Below, in pieces: positions 35,470 to 47,460 of a stretch of 64,000 nucleotides of DNA (the stretch's first letter is position 1; every line of letters begins with the position of its first letter). Source of the stretch: Callorhinchus milii (Eukaryota); assembly GCF_018977255.1 (NCBI RefSeq), contig NW_024704742.1:67892001-67956000 (forward strand). Direction: 5' to 3'. A program made the translations under genes and the position numbers. The notes under the pieces were generated by a model that was not told the DNA's origin, made no database searches, and saw nothing but the letters and a program-made list of their open reading frames with translations.

Positions 35470-36800
35470 CTGTCCCCGCCCACCGCCCTCACACACGGGG
35501 CGGGGCAAGGGGGCGGGGCTTCACCTGTAGCGTAGCAACAGACGCGTCAAAGGTCAGGCCCCGCAATACCTCCCGGATAAACAAACGGCGCCACCGTGCG
35601 GCGGGGCTCTGCAGCTGCCAATCCATGCACGATAACCATTACACGAAAAAAAACACCCGCTTACACCCGCAATTGTGACCCGGCCTCCAGGAGAGCGCGA
35701 GGCGGCGCTATGTACACGTGTGTGTGTGTGTGTGAATGATGATTGTGCGCCACACGTTCACGTTGCGATCGTAGGAACGTAACTCCGCGTTTGGAACTCG
35801 ACGTCACCGCCCCCGTGAACGCCACCGTTGGCGGCCACTTCCGGTCTGGACCCCGGGCCTCACAGTGAAGGGGACGAAACCAAATGAGGAGCGTGAAAGC
35901 GAAGGGGAGAGAGAGAGAGGGAGAGAGGGGCTGATCCAGACCACAATAAAACACGGGACAACGGTTTGCAGCGAATAAAAACAATGCACATCGGAGATTA
36001 AACCTCCTCACGATGTGGACCGTTCATGAGTGCCCCCGGGGGTTGGTTTCACAGCTTCAATTCAGTGCTTATCCCCTAATAATAATAATACTAATAATAA
36101 ACCTCGCCTTTGATGTTTAAGAAAAGCATTGTGCGTGTGCGTGTGTGTGTATTTGATACATAAAAAAAGATGTGATAGCGCGACGGTGTGTGAATCGTCC
36201 CTCTCTCCCTCTCTCCCGCCCCCTGACTCCCCCTCTCGGGCTGAGCGAGTTGGTCGGCTCCGCCGGGCGCGAGGTCGCGGCAGCCGTTAGGAGGAGGAAA
36301 AACAAAAACAGTCTCGCGGGCGGTGCGGTGCGGTGAGCGGCGGCGCGGGGAACCCCAGGCGGTCACTGAGCGGAGCGGAGGGCGGCCCGGACCCCCCGCA
36401 GCTCGGCAGCCACACCGTCTGAGGCGGTGGGCTTTGGAGCAAGGGAGGGTGTGGAGAGAGCAAAGCTCGGCCCTCCCTCCCTCCCTCCCTCCCCGGGCCT
36501 CTCTGCCTCCACCTCACCGTCCAATTCCTCTCCTCCTTTCACGACTTCTTTCTCTTTCCTCCTCTCTCGTCCGACTCCCGGTCCTCCTCTCCTCCTCCTC
36601 TCCTCCTCTCCCCTCCTCCAGTCTGTTCTGTATTTGAGGAAAGGGGAAGGCCATGGAGCAGTGCCTGAATGTGGAGCGGGAGCTGGATAAAGTTTTACAG
36701 AAATTCACCTCGTACGGGCAGCACTGCGACCGGACCCTGGAGGAGCTGATCGAGTACACGGGCGGCTTGAGGCAGGAGCTCACTCAGGCTGGAGGTGAGG
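35470..36800. promoter_or_regulatory. RMND5A CpG island / promoter and 5' leader
   Basis: GGGGCGGGGC boxes ~35497-35519, CCAAT ~35439 and ~35618, CACGTG ~35715, CRE-like CGACGTCA ~35799, ETS CACTTCCGG ~35837; CT-rich leader 36470-36620. Confidence 0.75.
36653..36794 (+). CDS. RMND5A: RMND5A (GID/CTLH E3 ligase subunit) coding exon 1, 142 nt
   Basis: GCCATGG Kozak; [47 protein letters not shown]|gtgagg; synteny with RNF103/CHMP3 favours paralogue A. Confidence 0.93.
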
Positions 36801-37145
36801 CCTCTGTGTGGGTGTGTGTGTGTGTATATAGTCCATGTGTGTGTGTGTGTGTATATATACTCCGTGTGTGTGTGTGTGTATATATAGACTTTGGTTCATG
36901 ACATTCCGCTTAGGTTGTGTGTGTGTATATATCGTGTGTATATATCGGTACAGCTGCACTGCACCGGCAGAGCTCGTTGTCTCTTGCATTGCGCTGAAGT
37001 GTTTTGCACTACAAGTATATGGCACTAAACTGTAGTGTGTGTGTGTGTGTGTGTACTGCTCCATAGACAGCACACCGAACTGGAGTGTGCATTACTTTGT
37101 GAATATCTCACTGAATATATATATATATGTATATATATATATATT
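36800..37145. repeat. Compound (TG)n/(TA)n microsatellites just downstream of RMND5A exon 1
   Basis: Several gtgtgtgt...atata units, then (TA)n at ~37115-37144. Confidence 0.9.
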
Positions 37146-40100
37146 GTGAATATCGCACTGAGCTAAACGTTTTGCCCACCAAATAAAATCAATCCACTTT
37201 ACAATGCATTCTGCGAAACACATTGAGACGCTTCAATGACCCGATAAGGTGCTACATCAAATATAAGGATTATTATTAACTAGAATCTAGTATTTTGTGA
37301 ATATCGCACAAAACTGGAGTGTGTACATTTGTGAATATTGCGATATTCGTGAATATACAGACTCCGGTGACGACTTCAGTTCACAAGTAACATAATCAGC
37401 TCTCCATCCTCCTTGGAGGTGACCTGGCTCCATGGTGACGTGTTTGGCAACAGGATGTCAGAATCAAGTCCACCCTCTGGTGGTCTCAGTAGTCCAGTTC
37501 CTGAGCCATGTGTGTCCACTGGCACAGCTGATATCAGGCTATCCAACCTCGCTCATCGTCCGTACTTGGAGTACATGGATTCTTCCCACTTGGCACATGC
37601 TAACTCTGCAAGAAAAATCCCTCATTGATAGGGTGGACCTAGCTGGACAACCAGTGCTCTCAATGGCGAGCTGCATGTTTAATCATATCATAGAATCGTA
37701 CAGCACAAAACGAGGCCGTTCGGCCGATCGAGTTTATGCCAGCTCTTTGAATAGAGCAATTAATGTCAATCCCACTCCTCAGCCCTTTCCCCATAACCCT
37801 GCAAACCCGTGCTCCTCAAATACCCCTCCACAGCTGGTTAATAGCTGGTTAATCTCCAGTAGCACCTCAATGTACAATAAGTGAAGCCTTGGCTCTCCCC
37901 AACTATTGCCTAATAGTCTCCGAACTTAGGAAAGCAGAGTATGTTCTTTCAGGGAGAGTGTGCTTTCCATTCCTGACACAGGGTAAGTTTCAATACATAT
38001 GTGAATTGGTGTTGAGTTAAGCATGGTAATGGGTGTCCGCAAGTGTCATACACCTGGCTGACCAAAATAAATCAAGAGCATTGCATTTGAGCTAATGTGA
38101 CTGTACTAAATGCTCATGGAGTGTAACCTAATTTAACATACCACTAAACTACTATGTATACCTTATTGTGTTATTTGCATTAGGCTAGAGTGTGTATATG
38201 TGACTGGATTACCATACCTACTCAGCTTCACTGTCATTCGGTTTCACTCAATGGTACTTAAAATACAGAGTTGCATGTATACCAATGGTATTGTTTTTGT
38301 CCAGTTGGGGTTAAGTGTGAATTTGATTGCATTTCAGTAGTACCTTGAAAAGTCTCAATGCTTGGTCATATTTTAGTCTTTGTTATGCACCTGGTTGTCT
38401 CTAGAATGTAATATCTATTATGTCGTATACCAGAGGCATGGGTGGATACACAATTGTACTATAATGCTTAATTCATGGTTTAGTTGTTTTCGTACACAAA
38501 ATACAAACAATTCATTTTACAATATATTCTGTGAAGTGCTTTGAGAAGTCACAACAACGTAATAAGGCACTATATCAAATGCAAGGATTACATTTTATTT
38601 ACACTTCGTCTCAGTTTTTTGCACATTTATGGTATTTGGGTACATTGTATGGATTGCTCTTTTATACTAACTTAGATTATTATTTTTCCTTTGTGTTTGG
38701 ATTTCAATTTGAACAAGATCCTTTCCCAAATCCTTTATTCTGGTCTGAAAAATGTATACAACTGCATAGTCTGCTTGTATTAGGAGGCAGGTGATTATTG
38801 GAATATGTTGACAGTGAACATTGCACCTCCTACAGCTGCGGAGGTGTTAGAGTTGAAATACACACACAACCACAGTAATAGTCAGCTGGAGTGACAAGCC
38901 CTTTATATACTCAGCACCACTGGACTAACGTTACTTTGCACCAGTTTAGGTAAATAAATCCTGTTATAATTCTCAAAGTTGGTGTCGCACAGATACATTT
39001 GGTATAGCTCAGATGTCCTAATGATAGAAGGAAAACTTGAACAATCAATCTATCATTGTGCTCTGAATCCTAAAATTAGATTATTCTTTCAGCCCCTTGC
39101 TGTGGCTTCCCTCTTAAAATGTGGCATTTTAAGCTTTTGTGCTGTGTGCCCTTGATGCATGTTGCAAGGCTATTTATGATTATGAATTTGCAGAAGGTTT
39201 ATGTCTGAATAATCTGATGTTGATTTCCTGGGATCTTTTGAAAACATTTTTTAATGTGTCAAATTATATTTCTGATTTTCTCCCCATTGTCATGTGCCTC
39301 TTGGCATCTTACTAGTGTGATTCCATGGGTGCTGGTTCGCTCGCTGTAGGCCACTCAATTGGGCATTGTTCAAGAGCCTTGGCAATGTATGTTGACAGGC
39401 CATTCAGCTGTTGCTTGATCTCTCCCCACCTAACTAATACACAACCACGCACCATCAGTAGTTTGGTCAGCCCCCCCCACCCCCGCCAAAAATTCTTGAT
39501 TTATTCCATAAAGAAATCAAGATTTACTAGACTAGTCCGAATGATCGGCAGGCCACATCTTGACTGTCCTGCGGGCCATGTCCTGACCACCATGAGTTTA
39601 AGAGGGATCAGGAGCAGGAACTCTGGCTGATTTTTCCATTCCTTACCTTGGGAAGGCTGGGGCCTTGCATTCCCATGGAACCTTAAAGCTGAGACTAGCA
39701 AGCAAACTCAGTACAGACCAAAATGCAATCAAGCAAACTTCTGCTAAGCTGCAGCTCCTGGAAAGTTTGTATTTACTGTATGTGATGTTCTGTTCCGTTC
39801 TTTCTTTTCCCTCTTGCCTGTTCCAAATTTTAAAAAAATCTCCTCCGAAAGTTTGGAATGGTTTATAAACTTTTTTGATGGTCAGAGCTAGTCTGTCAAA
39901 ATAACCACACAGAATTAGGAGGTAAGCCTCAATGAATATCATAAAACATTACCCATTAATTACAGCACTTGTTTGGAGTGTGGATATTAAATTACTAAAT
40001 ACTGTGGTGCCCTTATTGTAAAACAAAACTTCAGCTTCATGCCCGGTATGGGAGAGGGGGGGGGGCGGAGACGAATTATAAATAGTCTCTGATATTTTCA

Positions 40101-41194
40101 AAAATGCCTGCATAACTTTGCTCTTTGTTGTCATCATTATTGTAGCTTATTTTCAGGGAACAGTGTTTTTTGTCTTTTAATACAATATAACGTACTGTTG
40201 TGTTTTGGGGCACACAAATCTATCTTATTTGGTTGTTACTTTGTGTGAAAGTATCATGATGTTTGTCCATTCCAAGGCAGCAGTTTAGGTTTTAATGCAA
40301 TCCGTCTTGTACAGCATGTGCTGCTGATAACTGGAAGATCTGGGTTCGCTTTCATACCCAGAATACGAAACGGCCACAGTATATCAAAATCACACAGGAG
40401 CAGCTAACTCCCACAAACATTTGAATATGGCACAGAATTATGTGAGATAATGATCATGGAGACTAGTGCTCTGTGAGTAGTATTGTGAGGGCTTTATAGC
40501 AGTGGTAGTCTTAATTGTTGTTGTGCAATTGAAGTAGTTAGTGTTGAAAAGGCAACATCACAAAGATTGAAAGAATTTTTTTAAAAAGATTGTGTCACAG
40601 CTGGAAATGCATACCAGCTGTGGGATTGATGGAGCAAATAGTATTTGGGATGAGCTGGTTTTGTGACTTCAATATAATACTGCCGTGAAGAGGGAGAAGA
40701 GAGGGAGTATTCAGGTGTGTAGTTGGATCCATTGTGGGTCAAGAGGCAGCCGGTACAATCTGGTGGTGATTGCTTTCCTTATAAATTGTATCAAAAATAA
40801 ATACTGTGTTTCTTGAATTCCAAGATTTACATAGTGGAAAACAGTGTAATGTGCAATTTATAATTGAGGAAGACTTTTACAGTTGACTTGTGCATTTATC
40901 ACTTCATTAAGCCTTCCAGCGTTGTCAATTATACTGAACATTTCCCTGTTGCATCTGTGTGTTTAAAAAGTTTTAAAATGTTAATACTGTACTCGTTTAC
41001 CTTGTGTGATAGAATCTCTTCTGCAGCAACACCTGTGAATTACTTAATAGTTATAATAATTCTTGCATTTGATATTGGGCCTGTATAGTTGAAAAATGTA
41101 AAAGCACTTCACAGGTAATTGCTGTTGTGTAGTGACTTCATTTGTAATCAGCACACATTACGAATTCCAATAAATCTGCATAAATTCACCAATA

Positions 41195-41740
41195 GCTTGC
41201 ATTTATATAGTGCCTCTTACGGAAGGTAGTGTCCCAGAGGGCTTGACAGTGGTACAGCACAATGGCGGGGCAGGGGCAGGTCTCCACAGGCACAGTCAAA
41301 CAGGGAGGTCTTCAGGCGACCTGAAGATGGGACGGAAGGGGCAAGGCGGTGGGATAGAGGAAGAGTGTTCCAGAGTTTTGAGGTGTAGTGGCTAAAAGCA
41401 CGGCCACCAATGGTGGAACAGAGGGAACGAGGGACATGCTGAAGGTCTGAGCCAATTAAGCGGAGACAGCAGGTTGTGGATTGGGGGGTAAGCACGTCAG
41501 AGAGGTAGGGAGGTGCCAGGGCATGACAGGATTTGAAAACAAGTGTGAGGATCTTGAAATTGATCCGTTCTGCGATAGGGAGCCAGTGGAGCTTGCCAAG
41601 AACTGGTGCGATGGGGGTACGAAGTTTAGTATGGGTGAGTATGCAGAAGGTGGAGTTTTGGATCAGCTGGATACTGTGCACAGTGGAGCTGGGGAGACCG
41701 GGAAAGAAGGCATTTGAGAAGTTGAGTTGGGAGGAGCGAA
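41195..41740 (-). mobile_element. Older L2 3' fragment
   Basis: LGKLHWLPIAERINFKIL, TIGGRAFS motifs. Confidence 0.85.
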
Positions 41741-42225
41741 CCCATGGACAAATTCAGCATGTTCATGATGAGCTATTGTATCATTGGAAGAGTTCTGATC
41801 AAATTTGTGCATCACTTTAGTTTGCTGATTTTTCTTCCTGGAAGTGAAATTTTGGATATTACAGTGAAACTCAGGTAACTCGTAACCCAAGGGAAATGGC
41901 TCAAATGACTACTTATCAGAGTTGACTAGTTATCCAAAGTATAGTAGATCGAAAGTATAAAGTGCTTGAATAGTCAAGATATTGGGTGAGTGGCTAGTTA
42001 GGTGGGGTTGACGACTTGTTCAAGGGGCAAGTTATCACTTTCATTGTTTTTTTCAACATGAGCCGAAAAAGTACATAAAACAGATCAGAGTTTCTGTCGT
42101 TATGCAAGCATCCTCTGGGTTAAGTTTACATATCTGTGTTCTGTCTCAAAATAAAATCATATTGTGATCTGTCAAAGGACCCTTTTCCATATTGTGTAGG
42201 ATACAGAATTAAAGCATTGAACCAT

Positions 42226-42448
42226 GTGGAGTCCTGTAGCTCAGTGGTTAGAGCACTTGCCTCACAAGCGGGAGACCTGGGTGCTATTCCCGGCAGGGCG
42301 AAATATTAGGCAAGGTTTCTTACTCAACACGCCTTACTCCACACGTTTTACCCACAAATATACAGTCAATTCACCTTATATTATATTCTGTGAGACGTCT
42401 AGAAGACATGAACAGCGCTGTAGAAAATGCAAGCATTATTATTATTAT
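42226..42448 (+). mobile_element. SINE with internal deletion of the core
   Basis: Head joined directly to the tail region. Confidence 0.78.
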
Positions 42449-43335
42449 AACAGAACGCTTTGTGCGTTTCATTCAAATTTCCAGCCTCACTGTTACTTAA
42501 AACAAATGTGTGACTTATACCACTCAGGCTCCAGTTAGATTTAATAAATGAAAAGGAAGAACTTGCATTTGTATAGTGACTTTTCACTTTTCGCAAGACA
42601 GTTGAGGCTGGTTGTGAGTTGTCATGCAGTTTGAACCGTCTGCTGGCTCAGGCGAGGTCAACTATCAACAAGCAACTATCACTGGGGTGATAATTAGACA
42701 TTTGTTCTGTTCCATGCAACGGTGCTTATTGGAGATGAATGAAAGATTCTTCCATCGAGGGTAACCGGGGTGATATCTCAAACTGTCTGTATTATATCAT
42801 TTTTTTTATTTGGTAAAATTTGAGACTGGCTATTTGTGAGTTCACACCATAGTAAATTTGTAGTTGGGTGCCATTTACCCAAACTATTTAGGGAAATAAA
42901 AATATATTCAATAACAATTTTAATAAGTGATCACATATTAATTGTTGTACAGACCTATCCACTTATGTCAGGGACCATTCGAGTTTTGTTGACATAGGCG
43001 GCCACAAGTAGACGATAGGTATTGTGTGATTACAAATTTCTGAATTATTTATTTACATGTATTTGCATCACCTTATTTACAAAAATAGACTTGAAAAAAA
43101 ATAGTAATTTAAGAATATACTGTCAACATAACTGTTAATAAATGACAGCAATGCCTTTAATACTCTTAGGCACCTAAACAATTTGTTGACAAACGAAGTT
43201 TGTCGAAGTCAAGCTAGATGGCAAGTTTATGTACGGAGAAGAGACAGGGATTATACTTTGTTATTGATATAATTGGGATGTGGGCCTGAACAGGTTTGAG
43301 ATAAGTGGGTAGGTCTGTACTGCTTTATGTAATGT

Positions 43336-44850
43336 CCAAGGTCCTTGAAAGAGTTGTCGCCTCCCAGCTGCGCTCTTTCCTCTCCAACCATGCACTATTC
43401 GAACCCCTTCAGTCGGATTTCCGTGCTGCCCATAGCACAGAAACTGCCCTGGTCAAGGTCACCAATGATATCCTGACCATTTGTGACCAGGGCTCCCTCT
43501 GCCTCCTCGTCCTCCTCGACCTATCGGCAGCATTCGATACGGTCGACCACGCTATCCTACTCCACCGCTTGTCCTCCCACCTCAACCTTCAAGGCCCTGT
43601 CCTTGAGTGGTTTAGGTCGTACCTCTCCCACCGTCTTCATTTTGTTTCCACAAACGTTTTTTCCTCCCCCCCGCACTGTCTCGTGCGGTGTCCCTCAGGG
43701 CTCTGTCCTCGGTCCCCTCCTCTTCACCCTCTATATGCTCCCCCTGTGGTGACATCATCCGCAGACATGGAGTTAACTTCCACATGTATGCGGATGACAC
43801 CCAACTCTACCTTTCCTCCTCTACCCTCAACTCCACGACCACCGATGTCCTGACAGCTGCCTGTCCGACATCGAGTCCTGGACGAGAGACAACTTTCTTC
43901 AGCTCAACATACGTAAAACTGAGGCCCTCCTGATTGGCTCACGTCAGCGCCTCCGCACCTCAGGCGCTGACACCATCAGCATCCAAGGCTGCACTCTCCA
44001 CCTCTCAAAGCCATCAGGAACCTCGGGGTTTTGTTCGACCCTGAGCTGTCCTTTCTCCCTCATATCCGCACCACAACTGGCACCGCCTTCCATCACCTCC
44101 GGAACATCGCCAGACTACGGCACTACCTCACCCCTCACGCTGCTGAAACTCTGGTCCACGCCTTTATCACCTCAAGGCTGGACTATGGGAACTCTCTCCT
44201 CGCCGGCCTTCCCGGCACCTCCCTCCACAAGCTGCAGGTCATTCAGAACTCTGCAGCTCGTGTACTGTCCCGCACCAGGCTTCGAGACCACATCACTCCC
44301 ACCCTCGCTCGCCTCCACTGACTCCCCATCCCCCAGAGGATTGAATTCAAGATCCTCATCCTCACCTACACGGCCATTCACGGCCTTGCTCCCTCCTACC
44401 TCTCTGACCTACTATCCCCTTACCTACCTGCCCGTACCCTCCGTTCCTCTGGCTCCGGTCTGCTCCACATCCCCCGCCCCAACCGCCCTACCATCGGTGG
44501 CCGGGCCTTCAGCCTCTCAGCCCCGAGGCTCTGGAACTCCATCCCCCAGTGCCTTCGCCGCTTCCTCCCTTTCCTCCTTCAAGGCCGGTCTCAAAACCTT
44601 TCTCTTTGACCGTGCCTTCAGCTCCCATCTCAACTCTCTACCCCGTCCTCGCCCCCTCCATTCCCTCCCCTCACCCTGACCATATCCCCCCTCCTCGCCC
44701 CTTCCCTTCCCTCACCCTGACCATTTCCCCCCTCCTCGTCCCTTCCCTCACCCTGACCATTTCCCCCCTGCTCGAGTCCTGACCCAACTGTCCAGCGCCT
44801 TGGGATGTCCTCCTGACGTGAAAGGTGCTCTATAAATGGAATCTTGTTGT
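43336..44850 (+). mobile_element. Young 5'-truncated L2 (LINE-2) copy, ~1.5 kb, reverse-transcriptase region with frameshifts, 8-bp TSD
   Basis: LLDLSAAFDTVDH, GVPQGSVLGPLLF, YADDTQLY, HAFITSRLDYGNSLL motifs; 3' stem-loop and (TTG)n; TGTAATGT at 43328-43335 and 44851-44858. Confidence 0.95.
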
Positions 44851-45555
44851 TGTAATGTGCAAAACATCATGAAAATGGTGTATAGTACAATGAAATAATT
44901 ATGAATGAAAGACCATCTGAGAGATTTGCTGAACTGGTTAATTTGGAGGAGTTGCATTCAGAAAAATATTCTTTAAGTATAGACTGAGAATATTTTCCAT
45001 ACAGTGAGGTCTGATCTCAAAGTACTGTTAGTGCTTTCTTATGAGAAGGGATAGGGAAAGTGAGGATGAAATGCTCTGGCTTGTGTAGGTGCATCTCTTA
45101 TAAGTCAGTTGCAGAAAGTGACTAGGCGGGGGGAAAGTTGTTTGCTGACACTATGAGCTGGGGTAGGGGATTAGGGAGATGCTGAAATAACATGCATGTA
45201 AAACCTGTAATCTCAATTTTGGAAAACAAATGTAGCTATGGTGATTATTTTAGTAATCATGATAAAGTCTGGTCTAAGTACCTCACTAAAGTGTGTTTCC
45301 TTTACAATTTTTTTCTCCTCTTTTGTAGATGTTGGCTCCTACTCTATGGTTGATTTGCCTCCCCCAAACCCAGGGGCACTGATTGTACAATACAAATTTA
45401 CATTTTGTATAGCACCTTTCACATCGAGATGACATTTCAAGGCACCAAACAGTCCTGGAATGGCACCCAAATTGTAGTATTGCAATGATACCCTGTCTGA
45501 AGTAAACTAACTAACTTAGCAAAGACCACAAATTGAACCAAGAATTGTCAAGACA

Positions 45556-45912
45556 ATAATAATAATGCTTGCATTTGATGTAGCGCCTTATCACTTCTTC
45601 AAGATGTCTCAAATTGCTTCACAGAATATACTGTAAAGTGAATTGACTGTGTATTTTGTGGGCCAAATGGGGCAGCCAATTGTGCACAGCAGTGTCCCAC
45701 AAACAGTCCTGCATTGAGTGACCAAATTTTTTTTTAAAAAGTAAATTTTACCCCCAGAAAAGCGATCTGCCAGCTGACTAACAACCGGGTTCCTACTTAC
45801 TGCTCGGTAAACAAAGCCGTGTGGAGTAAGGAAGCTTGCCTAAGGTTTTGCCCTGCCCAGGACTTGAACACGGGTCTCTGGCTTGCGGGGCAAGTGTTCT
45901 AACCACCGAGCT
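45556..45912 (-). mobile_element. SINE (long variant)
   Basis: Tail at ~45556, head at ~45912. Confidence 0.83.
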
Positions 45913-46819
45913 CCAGAGGGGGTGCAAAGGAGATTTAGCGGGTGATACTGGGGATGAATACTTTGGCCTATGAGCGGATACTGAGACTCTTTCTGTTGGA
46001 ACAAAGAAGATTGAGACATGACCTGATCTAAAGGTCTTTAAAATTTCGAGGGGGTTGATAGTCAATAGGGAGAAATTCTTTTCACTGATTGGTGAGTCAG
46101 TGACTAGGACATCAATTTAAGATAGCTAACAAACAAGCAAATAGGGATATTGTTTCATACACTTAGTGTGTAGGATATGGAAGCCCCTTCTGGGAGCAGT
46201 GGCCAGCCGTGGCAAAATCCATCTTGGCTTTCAAAAGGGAACTAGATAGATATCTCAAAAGGAGTAAATTATAGAAGTATGGGGAACGGGAGGGTAAATG
46301 GGACTGAAAGGATTGCTTTTCAAAAGAACCAGCTCAGACGTGATGAGGCGAATGTCTTTTCGTGCTGTACATTTCTATCCAACTTATCCAAAATTCTGCT
46401 GCCTGCATCCTCACCCACACCAAACTCTGAAAACTTATCACTCCAGTTCTTGTCAAATTCGTCTGGATGCCAGCAGATCAATTGCAAAGTCCAACCCCAT
46501 CATTGTAAAGTAATCCAATAGATCCTAGGTGAAACGTACTATACTATAAACAAAGTTGTTGTTGTGTGGAATATAATAATCCTTGCATTTAATATAGCAA
46601 CTTATCATGTCGTCGAGACATCTCAGTGCTTCGTAGAATATATTGTAAAGTGAATTGACTGTATTTTGTGGGTGATATTTTGTTTCACCTTACCAATATA
46701 ACTATACTTAAATTTGCAAAACAATACATTTCTATAATGCAGTATGTACAGACTACATGTAAAGTCTAGCCATATCCCTCCCCATCACAATAATGAAGTC
46801 TCAGAATTGTATTAACACC

Positions 46820-47460
46820 GGGGCCGAGCCAGGGGGAGGGGGAGGAAGGTGACCAAAGGCGCGGTCGAAAATAAATGTCTTCAGCCGAGATCTGAAAATA
46901 GGAAGAGAGGGTGTGAGGCGAAGGGAGTGAGGAAGGGAGTTCCAAAGCCTCGGAGTGTAGTGGCTGAAGGCACGGCCGCCGATGGTGGAGCGGAGGATTC
47001 GGGGGAATAAGGAGGAGGTCAGACCCGGTGCAGCGAAGACAACGGGCACTGTTGTGAGGAGAGAGGAGGTCAGAGAGGTAGGGGGTGCAGAGGAGTGGAG
47101 GGATTTGAAGACAAGGGTGAAGGTCTTGAAGTCGATCCTCTCTGGGATAGGCAGCCAGTGCAGTCTGGCGAGGACTGGGGTAATTGGGAGCGGAGTTTGG
47201 TGCGGGTAAGAATGCGGGCGGCAGAGTTTTGGATGACCTGGATTTTATGAATGGTAGTGAAGGGGAGACCGGCGAGGAGGACGTTGAGTAGTCCAGCCGA
47301 GAGGTGACAAAGGCATGGACCAGAGTTTCAGCGGCTTTTGGAGTGAGGTATTGGCTGAGACGGGCGATGCATCAGAGATGAAAGAAAGCGGTGCTGGTGA
47401 GGGACCAGATGTGGGGGAGGAAGGATAATTGGGGGTCGAACCTGACGCCCCAGTTTGGGG
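46820..47460 (-). mobile_element. Older L2 fragment
   Basis: TIGGRAFSHYTPRLWNSLP motif and upstream RT C-terminal sequence. Confidence 0.85.

Noticed and set aside
37075..37360. Five GTGAATAT-containing short direct repeats with spacers (array-like)
   Set aside because: Irregular spacing, mixed with (TA)n and a SINE tail; simple local slippage in eukaryotic DNA, not CRISPR.
45300..45360. Strong acceptor-like tract TTTTTTTCTCCTCTTTTGTAG in RMND5A intron 1
   Set aside because: No convincing downstream donor to define an exon.
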